This document shows positions 49,461 through 61,589 of a DNA stretch of 64,000 nucleotides, piece after piece. Both the position numbers and the translations under genes were made by a program. Numbering within the stretch: the first letter of the stretch is position 1; every line of letters starts with the position of its first letter. The notes beneath the pieces were generated by a model. The model was not told the DNA's origin, ran no database searches, and saw nothing but the letters and a program-made list of their open reading frames with translations. Source of the DNA: Moniliella sp. 'wahieum' (lineage: Eukaryota). The stretch lies in the NCBI GenBank assembly GCA_003971905.1, contig RSEE01000042.1:372001-436000 (forward strand), read 5' to 3'.

Positions 49461-49843
49461 ACCGCGCGCGTCTCGGGCGACTGGAACCACGGTCTGGCCA
49501 GGCGGCATGACGGGTGGTACATCGTACTGCACGGGCACGGTTGAGTGTGGCCGAGGGTGGGAGGCGGACATAGATGACAGGGCAGGCGACCAAATGAAAG
49601 TGATGGACCGGTTGGGTCCGGTGACCGTCACCCGTTATCGGCCGGCGAAAGCGGGGCGATGGACGATGTAGACAGCAAGGATAGACAGCAAGGAGGCAAT
49701 TTTTAATTACAGCCTCAGGGGCAAACGATGCTGAGCTTCAGCGCGCTGCTCCGGCTCAGCGCTCCGGCTGAGCACCTGCCAGACAACCGGTTCAGTACGT
49801 TGCTCCTACCTTCCACCACCATCACCACCACCACAGCAACAAC

Positions 49844-51400
49844 ATGCCTCCATCAGTGAGCAGGTCCCCACATTTGAGCCCACTGGTTTCGCATGCGGAA
49901 AAATGCGCTCCTCTGTCCTCGCCATGGGGCCCAGGATCTATTAGTCCCCAGCACGCCAGTCCAGCAGCTCGGCCCTCCTCCCTGCAGCCGCGGCCAACAC
50001 CAGGCGATGAAAACAAAGCGGCACTTCCCCCTCACACCACGCACACCAAGCACGTCTCGAATCGGTGGAGGGAACTCATCTGGTCTCACAAACGGCACTG
50101 GTCCAGTCTCTCTTCCCATCTGGCTTGGCCTGCGGCAAGGTCGGAAGACAAGCCGGTGTCCAAATGGTGGCTTCTTCACCTGCACTCCAAGTCCAGTAAC
50201 GCAAACAACACGACAATTCTTGGTCACAGAAGGTCAGCGACCGATTCAACTTCATTCCTTCCGCCCTCTACTTCGCTCTCCTCTCCCCACTCTGATTCAC
50301 CATCGCAAGAGATGGTTTATATCTTTTCTGCACCAGCACACTCGCCTAGCTCAAAACGACCGCCTGCCTCTCTACTGGGGAATCCACCCATCCTACTCAG
50401 CATACCCTTATTTCCCACGACGACCATATTCCTCCTCCCCATTTAACTCTCAGTACGCCCCCGCATACCCACAATGAGGCTCGTCCCACTACCCCGTCTT
50501 CTCTGTACTCCTCGCCCTCTTCCAGACCCGAGTTGAGCTCCACTGGGCTTCCTCTGTCCGATATCAACCTGGAATGCCCTTCCCCCCGCATATTATCACC
50601 TTCTCTCTACCCCATGGACGTGGTGCAGTGGGTGGATGGGGCCAGAGGACTGCTCTTTGCCTTGAGCCAACTACACGCTGCCCTGGGCGACTTTGTCACT
50701 GCTGCGCTCACTTGCTGGGGGCCCGATGAGGATTATTGGCTGCGGCCGTTGGACGCCGTGTTGCTCTCGGCCCCGCCCGTGATTCGGGACCTCATCGGGT
50801 CCTTGGATGAGTTTGACCTGAATGGGCAGGGGGGGGGACCGTTGGAGGTGCGGACGGTGGTGCATGCGTGTGTGCGAGCAGTGGCGGAGTTTTCGGCAGT
50901 ACCGACGGCCTTGAAACGGGTGCAACAGTCCCTGTTGCTACCCTGGCACCAGCCCCGCTTCCCGGGCGAAGACTTGCTTCTGACCCGTCGGCTCATCCTC
51001 CAGCTGTATGACTGCTTGGTCGAGCTGGCCAACGCATGGTCCGTGCTCACATCCGACCGCGAACGGGGCGGTCGCAGAGTACCTCAACCGGGGACTCGGC
51101 ACTTCAGCACTTGCCCCTCCTCCCCAGCTTGGCGACTTGCACGTGGATCCGAACGGGAATAAGGAACCCGATCCTCGGCGAGGCTTGTCGACCATTACCG
51201 AGCGTTCTTCTGGCATGGCCCCTTCCTCCATCCTGTCCCATACCCATACCCATACTTCTCCATATTCTTCTGTTATTGTACCCTCCAACACGACTGGCAA
51301 CCTTGTTTCCTATTAACTCCCTGTCCTCCCCTGCGTTTCTCCCTCATCTGGCGTTCGATCAAGGACATGTTGCCCCAACAAGTGTGGCCCAGTGGCCGTA
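49844..51400 (+). CDS. SOG2-domain protein (RAM network Sog2-like), no N-terminal LRR region seen
   Basis: VDGARGLLFALSQLHAALGDFV...LDAVLLSAPPVIRDLIGSLDEFD...VRTVVHACVRAVAEF...DLLLTRRLILQLYDCLVELANAW matches my recollection of the SOG2 core. Boundaries uncertain. Confidence 0.65.
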
Positions 51401-54283
51401 GACGCTGTTGACACGCCACAGCATGCATAGTACTCATCCCTTATACACCGGCGTGGAAGAAGACTGAAAATGACGTTGTGGTTGCTGTTAGAGGAGTACA
51501 AAAGGAGTCTTCCACATCTGTCACAGTCGGGGCTAAGGCGAGGGAGACCAGGGTCGGGACTAAGTCAAGGAATGTAACAATACTTTGTGGGGAAGAAGCA
51601 AGAGCAGAGAGGCATGGTGCGAAGAGGAGGAAACAGGGAAAGTGCGAGACGCTCGGGACAAAGAAATTGGAAATGGGAGCGAGCTAAGATCAGCCAAACT
51701 ATGACACCAAACCTGTGCTCCAATTACCTGTTACATGTTGCCGCCTCTCGTCTTTGGAAGACTCGCATTACGCACTGTTATGTCGATTCCACCCGTATAG
51801 TTTACTCGACCCACACACACCTCACAACCACCCGTGCGCTTGTCACAGAATGACTAAGCTCGCTCCAATTTCCAATTCTGCATCCGCCTGTGTCTCTCTC
51901 TTCCCTTTCCTTTTGCTTCTGTTCTCTGCCCGATGCCTTCTGTTTCTTTCCACGAACGATCTTGCCTTTCCCCTCGCCTCTGACAGGACCTTGGTCTCCC
52001 TCGTTTAGCCCAACTGTTGCACATTTTGCCCACATGACGACAGAAGGGACTATATGGGAGGGATATGCGCAGAGGAGGAGAGAGATGATCGATGACCTCT
52101 CTGCCGGTACCTTTTCTCACTGTTTGGTCAATCTGTGGAAGAAGAAAAGCTATATATAGATTGCGCGGAATGTGTGCTACCTATTGGCGGACTAGGAGAG
52201 GGACTCTAGCGCACAGCTCCGACGCTCTCAAATATATCGTTGGGTGCCTTGGCGTCTACCGATCTAATCAACAATCATTAATCAACGTTCAATAACACGT
52301 TCAACGTGTTCAACCACCATCAAATCCGTTCTACGCTGTGGCGCTGTAGATTAGATACGCTTCTGAGCTTCCGACATCATCGACAACATCCGCCCTATTG
52401 ATGGAGAAACTTTTAATGTGTCAGCCTGCAAGCTGCAAGACCCTAATAGCGCTCAGCCCACCGGCCACCGGATAATGTTTAGGAACAGGGGATCCAGTTT
52501 CAGCTTTTATCAACACTACCCTGGGAAGTATTTGTGTGGTTTCCTGACGCCCTCACCTCCTCCAACACCATATATGAAGACTTGGGCTCCCCCCGCCTTT
52601 GTCATTTGATCTCCATCGATTACCACTTCGTGTGCTGTGCTCTCCAAGCTCTTTGTAGGTGTCATTATACACGCTCGCCTCCCAAAGGGATTGCATATAA
52701 GCCGTTACATGACACGTCTCTATCCACTCATCGACTCATCACAGCACTGATTTCTTGGCATTAATATCCCCCCCACCCAACGTTGTGGCACTATGTGGAG
52801 GGCAGAAGGACGGTGGACTAAGATACATCGATCGGCTGCCTATGGATGGGGCCGGGTTGGGATCCGAGCATGCATGATGCATGACCGGTGACCGGGTGAC
52901 CATAGACTAGGTGGCGCTGATTTATCCGCATCCAAAAAAATACCCCGCTCTTCCAGGACTTCCGCGTTGCGCGTTAACACCTTGGATCGGATAGCCTCCT
53001 CGGCTTACAAAGGTCTAATAAAGCTGGTCTACCTCACGCTCAAGCCTAAAAAGGCGAAGAACGCCTTTTTAAGCGCTTACTTACTTGCTTTAAGCACCAT
53101 AGCATCCCAGCTTCCGGGCCTTTCAAAACGCTCCAAGCCACCTGTGTTGAAGAGTGTGAGAGTGGCTAGTGATGCATGATGAATGATGTATGATGCATGA
53201 CGTGTGATGTGTGGCTGGGACGTGTGAAACTTGTGAAAGACGACTGGCCCGGGCCATGTCAGAAAACCCTGTGCCTGAGGCGTTTGCAATCGGCACGGGA
53301 GGTCACCGGTCACCGGTCACTGGTCAAGCTTCAAGGATGGAATCATCGATGAGCTGTGTACCATGCAACTCCCAACTGAACTGCGGCATCCGGGAAACGG
53401 CGGACCGCGTGACGCGGAACGTAACCTAGTACGCGCGGTTGAAAGCATGGCCAGGGTTAGACGTTAGCGCGTTAGCAGGGGCTAGTCCGTGTTAGAGTGT
53501 GGTGGCAGCCCGATTTTTTCAGTCTGGGCTAGCGCGCAGCAGGAGCTAGCGTGGCGGGTGTGGGATCCGGTCTGAGCAAGTCAATGCATGTGGCTTCTTT
53601 CGCATGGACAGAATTTGAGTAGCAGCACTACTACTGAGGACTCAGTCTGAGTACTCACTGTCCTGAATCGAGAATCCTTGAGTCTGAGTACTGAGTCTGA
53701 GTACTACTGAGTTATTCAGACTGAGTACTGAGTGGCAGGAGTAGCGCGGCCGAGCGCCTAATAATGGGGGGGCGGCGCAGAGCCTAGGTAGCAGGGCCCA
53801 GCACTAGGGCTCTCAGATCTCTTTGAGGCCGATCAGGCACAGCGCCGCAGTGGCCGATTGTCGCCTGCGCGGCCCCACATCTCAGAAACTCAGAAACCCA
53901 CAGCTCAGATGGGCCATGTGACATGCGGCATGTGAGGGCTGCGGTGTCACGCGGGTCACGTCTTACACTGGCCTGGTGCCGCCTGCTGCGCTCTAGCCCC
54001 TCGGCGCGGCGGCGGGTTTGATTGTTTCATCGTTGCAGTTTGGGCCGGCGCATGCAATGGGTGAGCGTGGCCGGTGAGGCGGTGTCCTGTGGCCGGTGAG
54101 CGCCCTGTCAGGAAACTGGCAGCGAGCCACGAGCCACGAGCACCCGTCCTGGCCTGCTGTCTTCCTCCACGCCCACGCCCACGCCCACTGCATCCATCGC
54201 CCCTCGCTCGCCACCTCCGCTGTGCGCTCCCCCGCGCCACCACCACCCCACCGCCGCCGCCGCCCCCCTCTCCGCCCCTCCAC

Positions 54284-56629
54284 CATGCCCTCGTCTGCGA
54301 CCAGCTCCCCGCTCGTCTCGAACCGCATGATGAAAGTCGGGCGCGCGCAACCGCCCTTACGCCAAGGTACGTTGCTCGCCCCTGCCTGCCCGCCCCCTCG
54401 GCAGCTGCGCTCCTGATCCCTAACCCCCCTCCCTCCGCACAGGACTTGCACGATCTCTTGCCACCCTCATCGTCTCCTCCGCCTCACCACCATCGCACCT
54501 CTTCGATCCTACCCTTACACCTTTACCACCGACGAAGCCGTCGCCAATCTCAGTGCCCTCAAGTTCTCCCGTCCTCCCGCCAGCCTGACCCCCAGGATCC
54601 CAGCCGCGTCATCACCACCACCACCACCACCACCTTCACCATGAACCGCGACATTGCCAAGGACATCTGCCAGCATTTCTTGACGCCCATCTGGTCCAAA
54701 GCTCCTCCGATCTCGGCCTGCCTGCCTTCCGCGACAAGGGCATCTGGTCCTTGACACTCAAGGGCTACTGTATCCTAGAGCGCTTCGTGTCGGTCAATGG
54801 CATTTCTGCTGACCACCTCCAACCTGCCATGGAAGCCCATCGCCCCCCCATCCGCCTTGTCTTTCTCGACCGCCGTGCCGCAGACGATGAAATCAATATC
54901 CGCCTGCCCCTTCTCGACTCGCTCTTCCGCCGCTTTGCCGGCGTACAAGCCAACTACCCCAGCAGCGAGGCCCAGCATGGCACTCCTTCTTTTTCCCCTG
55001 AATATGGCTTTTTACTCCCCCACCTCCACCCCCGTTTTCCCTCCCGACCCTACTTTTGATCGTTCGCGCGGCATCGAGGTAGTCGATGTAGTGGAGCGCT
55101 TGAAGAATGGCGAGACGCACCTGACCAAACAGCCTTTAGCGCCTTGAGTGCCATCGACTGGCTCATTGACTTTACCTCTGTCTGTGCTCGCGACGAAGCG
55201 GCGGAGCTGCTGGCGCACTTTGAACGGCTCGACCTGATCAAGCTCATTGCCGACAAGATCCGCCCACATCGCACCCGTCCCGACCAACAAAATGACTCGG
55301 ACATTGCCACCGTACGCGGCGCGCGATGTGGGCGGCATGATTACCGAGGGCGAGTCCGTTGCCACTACAAGTCCATCTATGCCTTGACCGACCGAGGGCG
55401 CGAGGTGGCGCGATGGGAGGGATTTTACCGCAGGCCCCCCCTCAGTCGAGTACCCCGACTGGCTCCACCTCCACGCCACCTGGCCTGGCCAGTGGGATAA
55501 GACACGGCCTCGCTGCCCCCTCCAGTCCCGACGAAGCGAGGTGTTCGGTAGAAGATGATACGGGCTCGCTCATTCCATGGGTAGCAGGGTCGAAAGTCCG
55601 ACCTTTCCTCCCGTGTCGGCTCGGGCTCCCGTCCCGGCAGCGCCTCGGCCGAGAGGGCAAGTGGATCCGGGGGCAGTGGGACACGTACCAGCGTGACAGC
55701 ATCCCGGGATCAAGGCAGTCGAAACCGCCTTCGTCAGATCTTGGCCGATCCATCCTTGTGCTCCTCTTCCAAGCGTATCTGCGCCGCAACTTTTGCGAGG
55801 AAAACTTATCCTTCTACTTGGATGTGCAAGATTTTAAACACCGCTTCTCCACCACTTCCTCCGCCTCCGCCGTCCGACCTTCGACGGCGGAGCGGCACCA
55901 CCACCATCACCAAGAAAAAGCGCAACCCGTGGTGCTTTTTCCCCAGCAGCTGGCTGCTCAAGGCGACGGGGCCCGACCCAGCGCCGGCGCCGGGCGAGCC
56001 GTCAGAGCCCAATGACGATTCGATTCTGAACCAGTCGATGAGCGCTATGGACGCCACCACCTGGATTGATCGTCATTGCCTTTCTCATCTTCAACACTTA
56101 CCTTGCGCCGGTGCGCCTGCGGAGCTGAATCTCGAGCATTCGCTGCGCACGGAACTATTGGCGTACATGAACAAGACGCGCCCAAGCGCTGCAGCACACC
56201 TCGCGTGCGTTGGTCGATGAATCCGTTTCATCCCGTACCAGCAGCCCTTCCCGCTCGGCCCGCGAGCCAGGCACCAACGCGTCAGCCCTGGCTGCTATCG
56301 AGCTTGGGTTTCCTCAGGAGGAAACCCAAACAAGGAAGAAAGTGCCGATCTTGTCGCTGGAAGAACGGAAGAAACTAGTGCTGAGCAAGGTGAGTTCATC
56401 GGGCCAACTGTTGCATGCGTCGCAGCTGCAAACCTTGCTCCGACTTTATTCCAAATCCAAGATCACATCTTCCATCTCATGGCCACCGACTCGGTCCCGC
56501 GTTTCGTGCGTGATCCCACCTTCTTGCGGGCCACCGAGGCGTCCTGCACGCGAGGCATACGGCCTGCCCCCCGAGGTGCTCGACTTGCTCGAACTCGATA
56601 CGCTGCGGGACAGTTTGCCCCTCGCTTGA
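54284..56629 (+). CDS. Regulator of G-protein signalling, FlbA/Sst2 type (DEP plus RGS)
   Basis: MMK..R.PYAK|DLHDL with intron at about 54367-54443, TTTTTTTFTMNRDIAKDICQHF, LTLKGYCILERFV, LFRRFAG, YALTDRGREVARW, RGS box RLRQILADP...YLRRNFCEENLSFYLDVQDFK, MATDSVPRF. Confidence 0.92.
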
Positions 56630-57297
56630 CCCTCCTCTTCCCATCTCCCCATCTTTCTCTCTCTCCACTCTCTTTCTCCCCACCATCTTTCTCCTCGCCA
56701 TCTTCTTCCCTACCCTCGATTGACCAATGGGGTTTGGGCGCCACCTGTTGCAGCGTTCGGGCCCATCCCCTTGGCTCTTCTCCCGCTCCCATCGCCCCCT
56801 TGCCCCCTTCCCCTCGTTTTTCCGGCGCCTTGGAGCTCCCCACCCTGCTCGGACGACTTGCAATGTTGCCCGGGTCCCCGTAGCAGCAGCTGCTTGCTGC
56901 ACGCCTGGCCCATGTACTCTGTCGCACTCCACGCCCCCTTTCCCTCTGGCCTCGCAGGTGGGGCGATGGTATTTGGCCCCGTTATTTTCTGCATCCCGCT
57001 GCTCTAGATCCGACTGCCCTGATGCCCTCATGACTGGATGACCAGACTGCCCCACCAGCGGCGAAGCGCGCGGCCGGAAGAATCCGAATCTGATGTAGTA
57101 GAGGCCATTGAATTTGAGCTCGAGGAGGAAGCCGCTTAGGTAAGCCCGCTGTGAACCACACGCGGGGCCACGTCCACGTAGCCATCCCCTGCGGCACGCC
57201 GGCCTGGCCGGGTGCGCTCGCGCCTGCCTCGCCCGCCGCGCCGCGCCCTCCCCCCTCGCCATCTCCATCCATCGCCACCGCCATCCCCACCACCACT

Positions 57298-57693
57298 ATG
57301 GGCCTTGCCTTGCCACCGGCCGTGCGCGTGCTGGAGGGTCACATCGACCTGCCTGCCCAGCAAACCGTGGAGAGGTGGCAACACCGCGCCTGCTGGCCTT
57401 TGGGGTACGCCAGCTTGCTGCCCCCTGCCCCGCGCAGTGCGAGAGAGTGTGGACTGACGGTGGGTTGTACAGGTGCTGGCGTTTGCCATTGGCTTCTGGT
57501 TCCAGTCGTTGGCGGTGACCCTGGGGGTGTACGCGTGCGGAACGTGGGCGTTCTGCTGGTGTGTGTCCCGCCTTGGCCCATGTACAACACGTACGACACC
57601 CAGTGGGCCGCGCCCCCTCCCCCCGCCCCTCTGGAGTCCCACCCGCCTTCCCCGCCCCCCGCAGCATCCTCTCCCACGCCCGCCTCCATCTGA
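57298..57693 (+). CDS. SPC1: Signal peptidase complex subunit SPC1/SPC12
   Basis: LEGHIDLPAQQTVERWQ; GTACGC...CTGAC...CAG intron at about 57404-57472; VLAFAIGFWFQSLAVTLGVY; LVCVPPWPMYN..W. Confidence 0.85.
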   Translation: MGLALPPAVRVLEGHIDLPAQQTVERWQHRACWPLGYASLLPPAPRSARECGLTVGCTGAGVCHWLLVPVVGGDPGGVRVRNVGVLLVCVPPWPMYNTYDTQWAAPPPPAPLESHPPSPPPAASSPTPASI

Positions 57694-58996
57694 CTTTGCA
57701 GCTTGGGTGCACGGTTGCGCGCGCAAGAGGGCGCGCGGACCGTTAAGTACGCGGTGGTCCCGTAGCTAGTCAAGGGGGTACCGCGGAACTGCTGTCCGAG
57801 GCCCTGGGACGGCCTTGTGGGACACTGTGATGAGGCTGGTGAATTTTGGTGGGACACTGTCGTACCCTACTTTCCTCGTCTTTCTGCCGTGCCTCTGGCG
57901 GCCAGCAAAGATGCACGATCCATGCTCGCTCCTTGGGCTTCTTCACGTGGCCTGAGCGGCGAGGAACTTGGTGGAGCAATCAACAATTCACACTTGGCTT
58001 GCTGCCATAGTGAACCGGGATGACTGGGATGGCCGGGATGGCGGAGAGTAGTAAGGCGGTAGCAGCCGAGGAGCTTAGCACCCCGGCCCCCTTCTCTCTG
58101 AATGTATACAGGCCGTTGCTTGCGAGACAGACCGCTCCGGAGGAAGGGGGGGGACAACACGAGCAAGAAGGCGACCAACCAAAGCGGTAAAACAGGCCGG
58201 GGCATGTTCTCATATGCTTGTTCACCCTGGCATTGGGTCGGCGGGTCAAGCGATCTCGATTGCCAGGTCAAATGAACCAAGTCGGGTGGGGCGAAGTCAT
58301 TCGTGCTGTGCACAAGAGTCTTGCATGGACCAAAAGCGATGATCGCCAAGGGACGAGTGGCTCCAGCGCGGTGCGAGCCAAGGGGTGTCCCAAGAAAAGA
58401 AGCAAAGCAGACGCCCTCGGCGCGCCCGTCTGTCCGTCTCTTGCCACCCCCTCACCCGGAAATGTGGGCGCTCAGGGGGATGTGTCCTCTTCTTCTGATG
58501 CCGCTCGTCCCAGAAGCGCTCAACGTCAGACAGCCAAAATCAACCCGCTGCTACCTTCAAACGTCAGCATCAGACATCCAGAGCTCAGACTGAACGCTCT
58601 TCCAAGTTCAGAGCACTACAAGGCCTGCCCACGCTCCCCGTTCGCGGGCTGATTGATATCTATTAACCCCCAATCGCCCCTTTTCGGTCCACTTGCGCCC
58701 CTCGCACTCTACCGAGACCCAGCATCACCGGATCAACTGAACCTTCACGTGCTCCAGTAGTTCGTGGTTTAGAATTCTCGTACAGTAAAATTCTGTTCTA
58801 CATCGCCTGTCAGTGCCCCTTCACAAACATCAGACTCCAATTCTCGCCCCGCTCATGCCTTGAGCGCGCTGAGCCATTTATCTTGTCTACATACCTTACT
58901 CCAACTATGTTCCCAGGTTTGAAGGAAAGGCACATGAATCCACCGAACTTGACAGAACATGAAGGCCAACGGGAAAACAAAGACGACCGACTCGGC

Positions 58997-61589
58997 TTAG
59001 AGCTTGTCGTAGTACTCCGTGTAGGGAGGAGGGATCTCCTTGATGCCCTTGCGCACACGGATTTTGGTCACCAGCTCGTACACCTTCGACTTGGGGTCGG
59101 ACGCGTCGCCGGGCAGCTCCTCCCAGTGGTCGAAGACCGACTGGGGGAAGGCCTGACCACCAGTAGCCTGGCGCAGGGCAGCGTTGAAACCGAACGACTC
59201 CGAGACGGGCAGGTAAGCCTTGACAGTGTACATGGGGGTACCGGGGCGCTGCTCCTCCATGACCACCTGGCCACGGCGCTTGTTGAGCGTCGAGTAGATA
59301 CCACCCAGGCCCGACTCGGGGCACTGGATCTCGACCAGGTACATGGGCTCCTGCAGCGCCGGGGTGGCGAGCAGCGCGGCAGCGTAGCAGACACGGCGCG
59401 CCGTGGGGATGATCTGTCCACCACCACGGTGGATGGCGTCCGTGTGCAGCGTAACGTCGACCACGTTGAAGCGCACACACACGCATGGGCTCCTCGGCAA
59501 GAGGACCCTCCTTGGTGGCCCACTGGAACGCGGCCACACACGAGTCCTTGATCTCGTTAAGGTACTGCACACCCTTCGTCACATCCACCATCAGGTTGGG
59601 GCCAGTCGTGTCAGGGCCAAAGGTCCAGATCTTACGAGCGTCCGTAACGTCCCAGCCAAACTCGTCGGCAAGGTAGCGGCACGCGACTTGAAGTCGTCGC
59701 GGGGGTTGACCTTGCCCTCCTCAATCGCGCGCGACAGCTCCTCACCAAGGGGAAGAGCGTCGACGTAAAGACGGTTGTGCTTGTTCTGCGACTTGGACAG
59801 GGCAGTCATGCTGCTCTGCGTCGTCACAGTCTCACGGTAGCCAACAACGGGGTCGGACTTCTTGAGGGGAACCTGGGCGTGGTCGTTCTCAAGGTCGTTG
59901 AGGCAGATCTCGAGGTGGAGCTCACCGGCACCGGCAACAATGTGCTCACCCGACTCGCCAATCCACGCCTGCACACAGGGGTCCGACTTGGTCAGACGCT
60001 TCAGACCCTCGACCAGCTTGGGCAGGTCGTTGGCGTTCTTCACCTCAACGGCGACTTGCACGACGGGCGAGACCGAGAACTTCATGACACGCATGTTGTG
60101 CGCCGTCTCGGACGATGAGGGTACCGCTCTTGAGCAGGAACTGGTCAACACCAACCAGACCCAGAATGTTACCGGCGGGGCAGTCTCTCAATGGGCTCGA
60201 CGTAACGGCCCATCATGAGCACGGTACGCTGAATCGACTTGATGAACAGGTCGTCCTTCTTGCCGGGGCGGTAGTTGGGCCCTGGATGCGGATCTTGGGG
60301 CCAGAGCGGACGGTACCAGAGAAGATACGGCCGAAGGCGTAGAAGCGGCCCTTGTCCGAGGTGGGGACCATCTTGGAAACGTAGAGCATCAGCGGGCCCT
60401 TGGGGTCGCAGTCACGGATACCAATGGCCGACTCGTCGTCCATGGGGCCCTCGTACAGAGTCTCAACACGGTAGCGTGAGCCGTCTTGGGCGAGGGGAGA
60501 TTGATGACAATCATCTCCAGCAGGGCGTCACCGGCGGGGAGGAACTTGCGCATGACAACCTTGAGGAGAGCCTTGCCCTCGAGGTCCTTCTCATCCTGGG
60601 TAAGGGGCACCTCGAGCTTCTCGAGAATCTTGCAGTCTCGTCCTTCTTGAAGTTCATCACCGAGTCGAAGATACGGTAGATGGGGTCGAGAACGAACATG
60701 TTGAACGCACGCTCGAGGGGCTTGCCGTCAGCGTCGGTCGACTTGGTGGTCCACTTCTTGGTCTTGGGTTGAAGTAGTTGTCGCCCCACAGCTTGCCCAT
60801 CATCTTCTCCTTGTCCACACCGAACTTCTTGGCGTAGCGGGCAGCGAATTGGGACAGGGTGAAGGCCCAGCCGTGGAGACCCGAAGCGAAGGCGACAGTG
60901 CCCTTCTCGGGGTAGACCTGCGACTCGCCGAGACGGGGTCGTTGTAGGTGGCAATGACCACGTTGACCGACTCGACAGTGCGCTGGAAAGAGGTGTAGAG
61001 CTCCTCCTTCTCGACCTGCAGCTCGAGAAGAGCACGGTCGACCTTGTTCAAGCAGCAACAGGCTTGATACGCTCACCAAGAGCCTGGCGCAGCACAGTCT
61101 CGGTCTGGACGCACACACCCTCAATGCAGTCGACGACCACAAGGGCACCGTCGGTCACACGCAGAGCAGCCGTGACCTCCGAGGAGAAGTCAACGTGCCC
61201 GGGCGAGTCAATGAGGTTGATCAAGAACTCGTTGCCCTGGGACTCCTGCTTGACGTTCTTCATCTCTCGGGAGAGAGGGGGAAGAACATCGAGATGGCAG
61301 TGGACTTGATGGTAATACCACGCTCCTTCTCATCGTCACGCGTGTGGTGAAACGCATGTCACCAGCCTTGGCCGAGGCAATGATACCGGCCTTGGAGACA
61401 AGCGAGTCGGTCAGGGTAGACTTGCCGTGGTCGACGTGGGCAATGACACTCATGTTACGAATGTTGGTGGACTTGTCCATGAGACCACGGATCTCGTCAA
61501 CGGTAAAGTTAACCCTGAGATGAGCCAAAAGTCAGCAACAGCTCGGCATCAACGTGGGGCGCCAGCATCAAGGGGAGCCAGACGCACAT
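58997..61589 (-). CDS. EFT2: Translation elongation factor 2; many single-base indels
   Basis: [50 protein letters not shown], diphthamide loop [20 protein letters not shown], ends YYDKL*. First intron 61515-61587. Confidence 0.98.

Noticed and set aside
1..56629. Functional signalling cluster (Ras-GEF, G-alpha, RGS, Sog2-like)
   Set aside because: The genes are tens of kb apart and interspersed with unrelated housekeeping genes; chance co-location is adequate without synteny data.
58997..61528. Programmed frameshifting or pseudogenisation of EF-2 and other genes
   Set aside because: Indels are widespread, I saw no consistent slippery-site pattern, and residues remain conserved; assembly error is more parsimonious.
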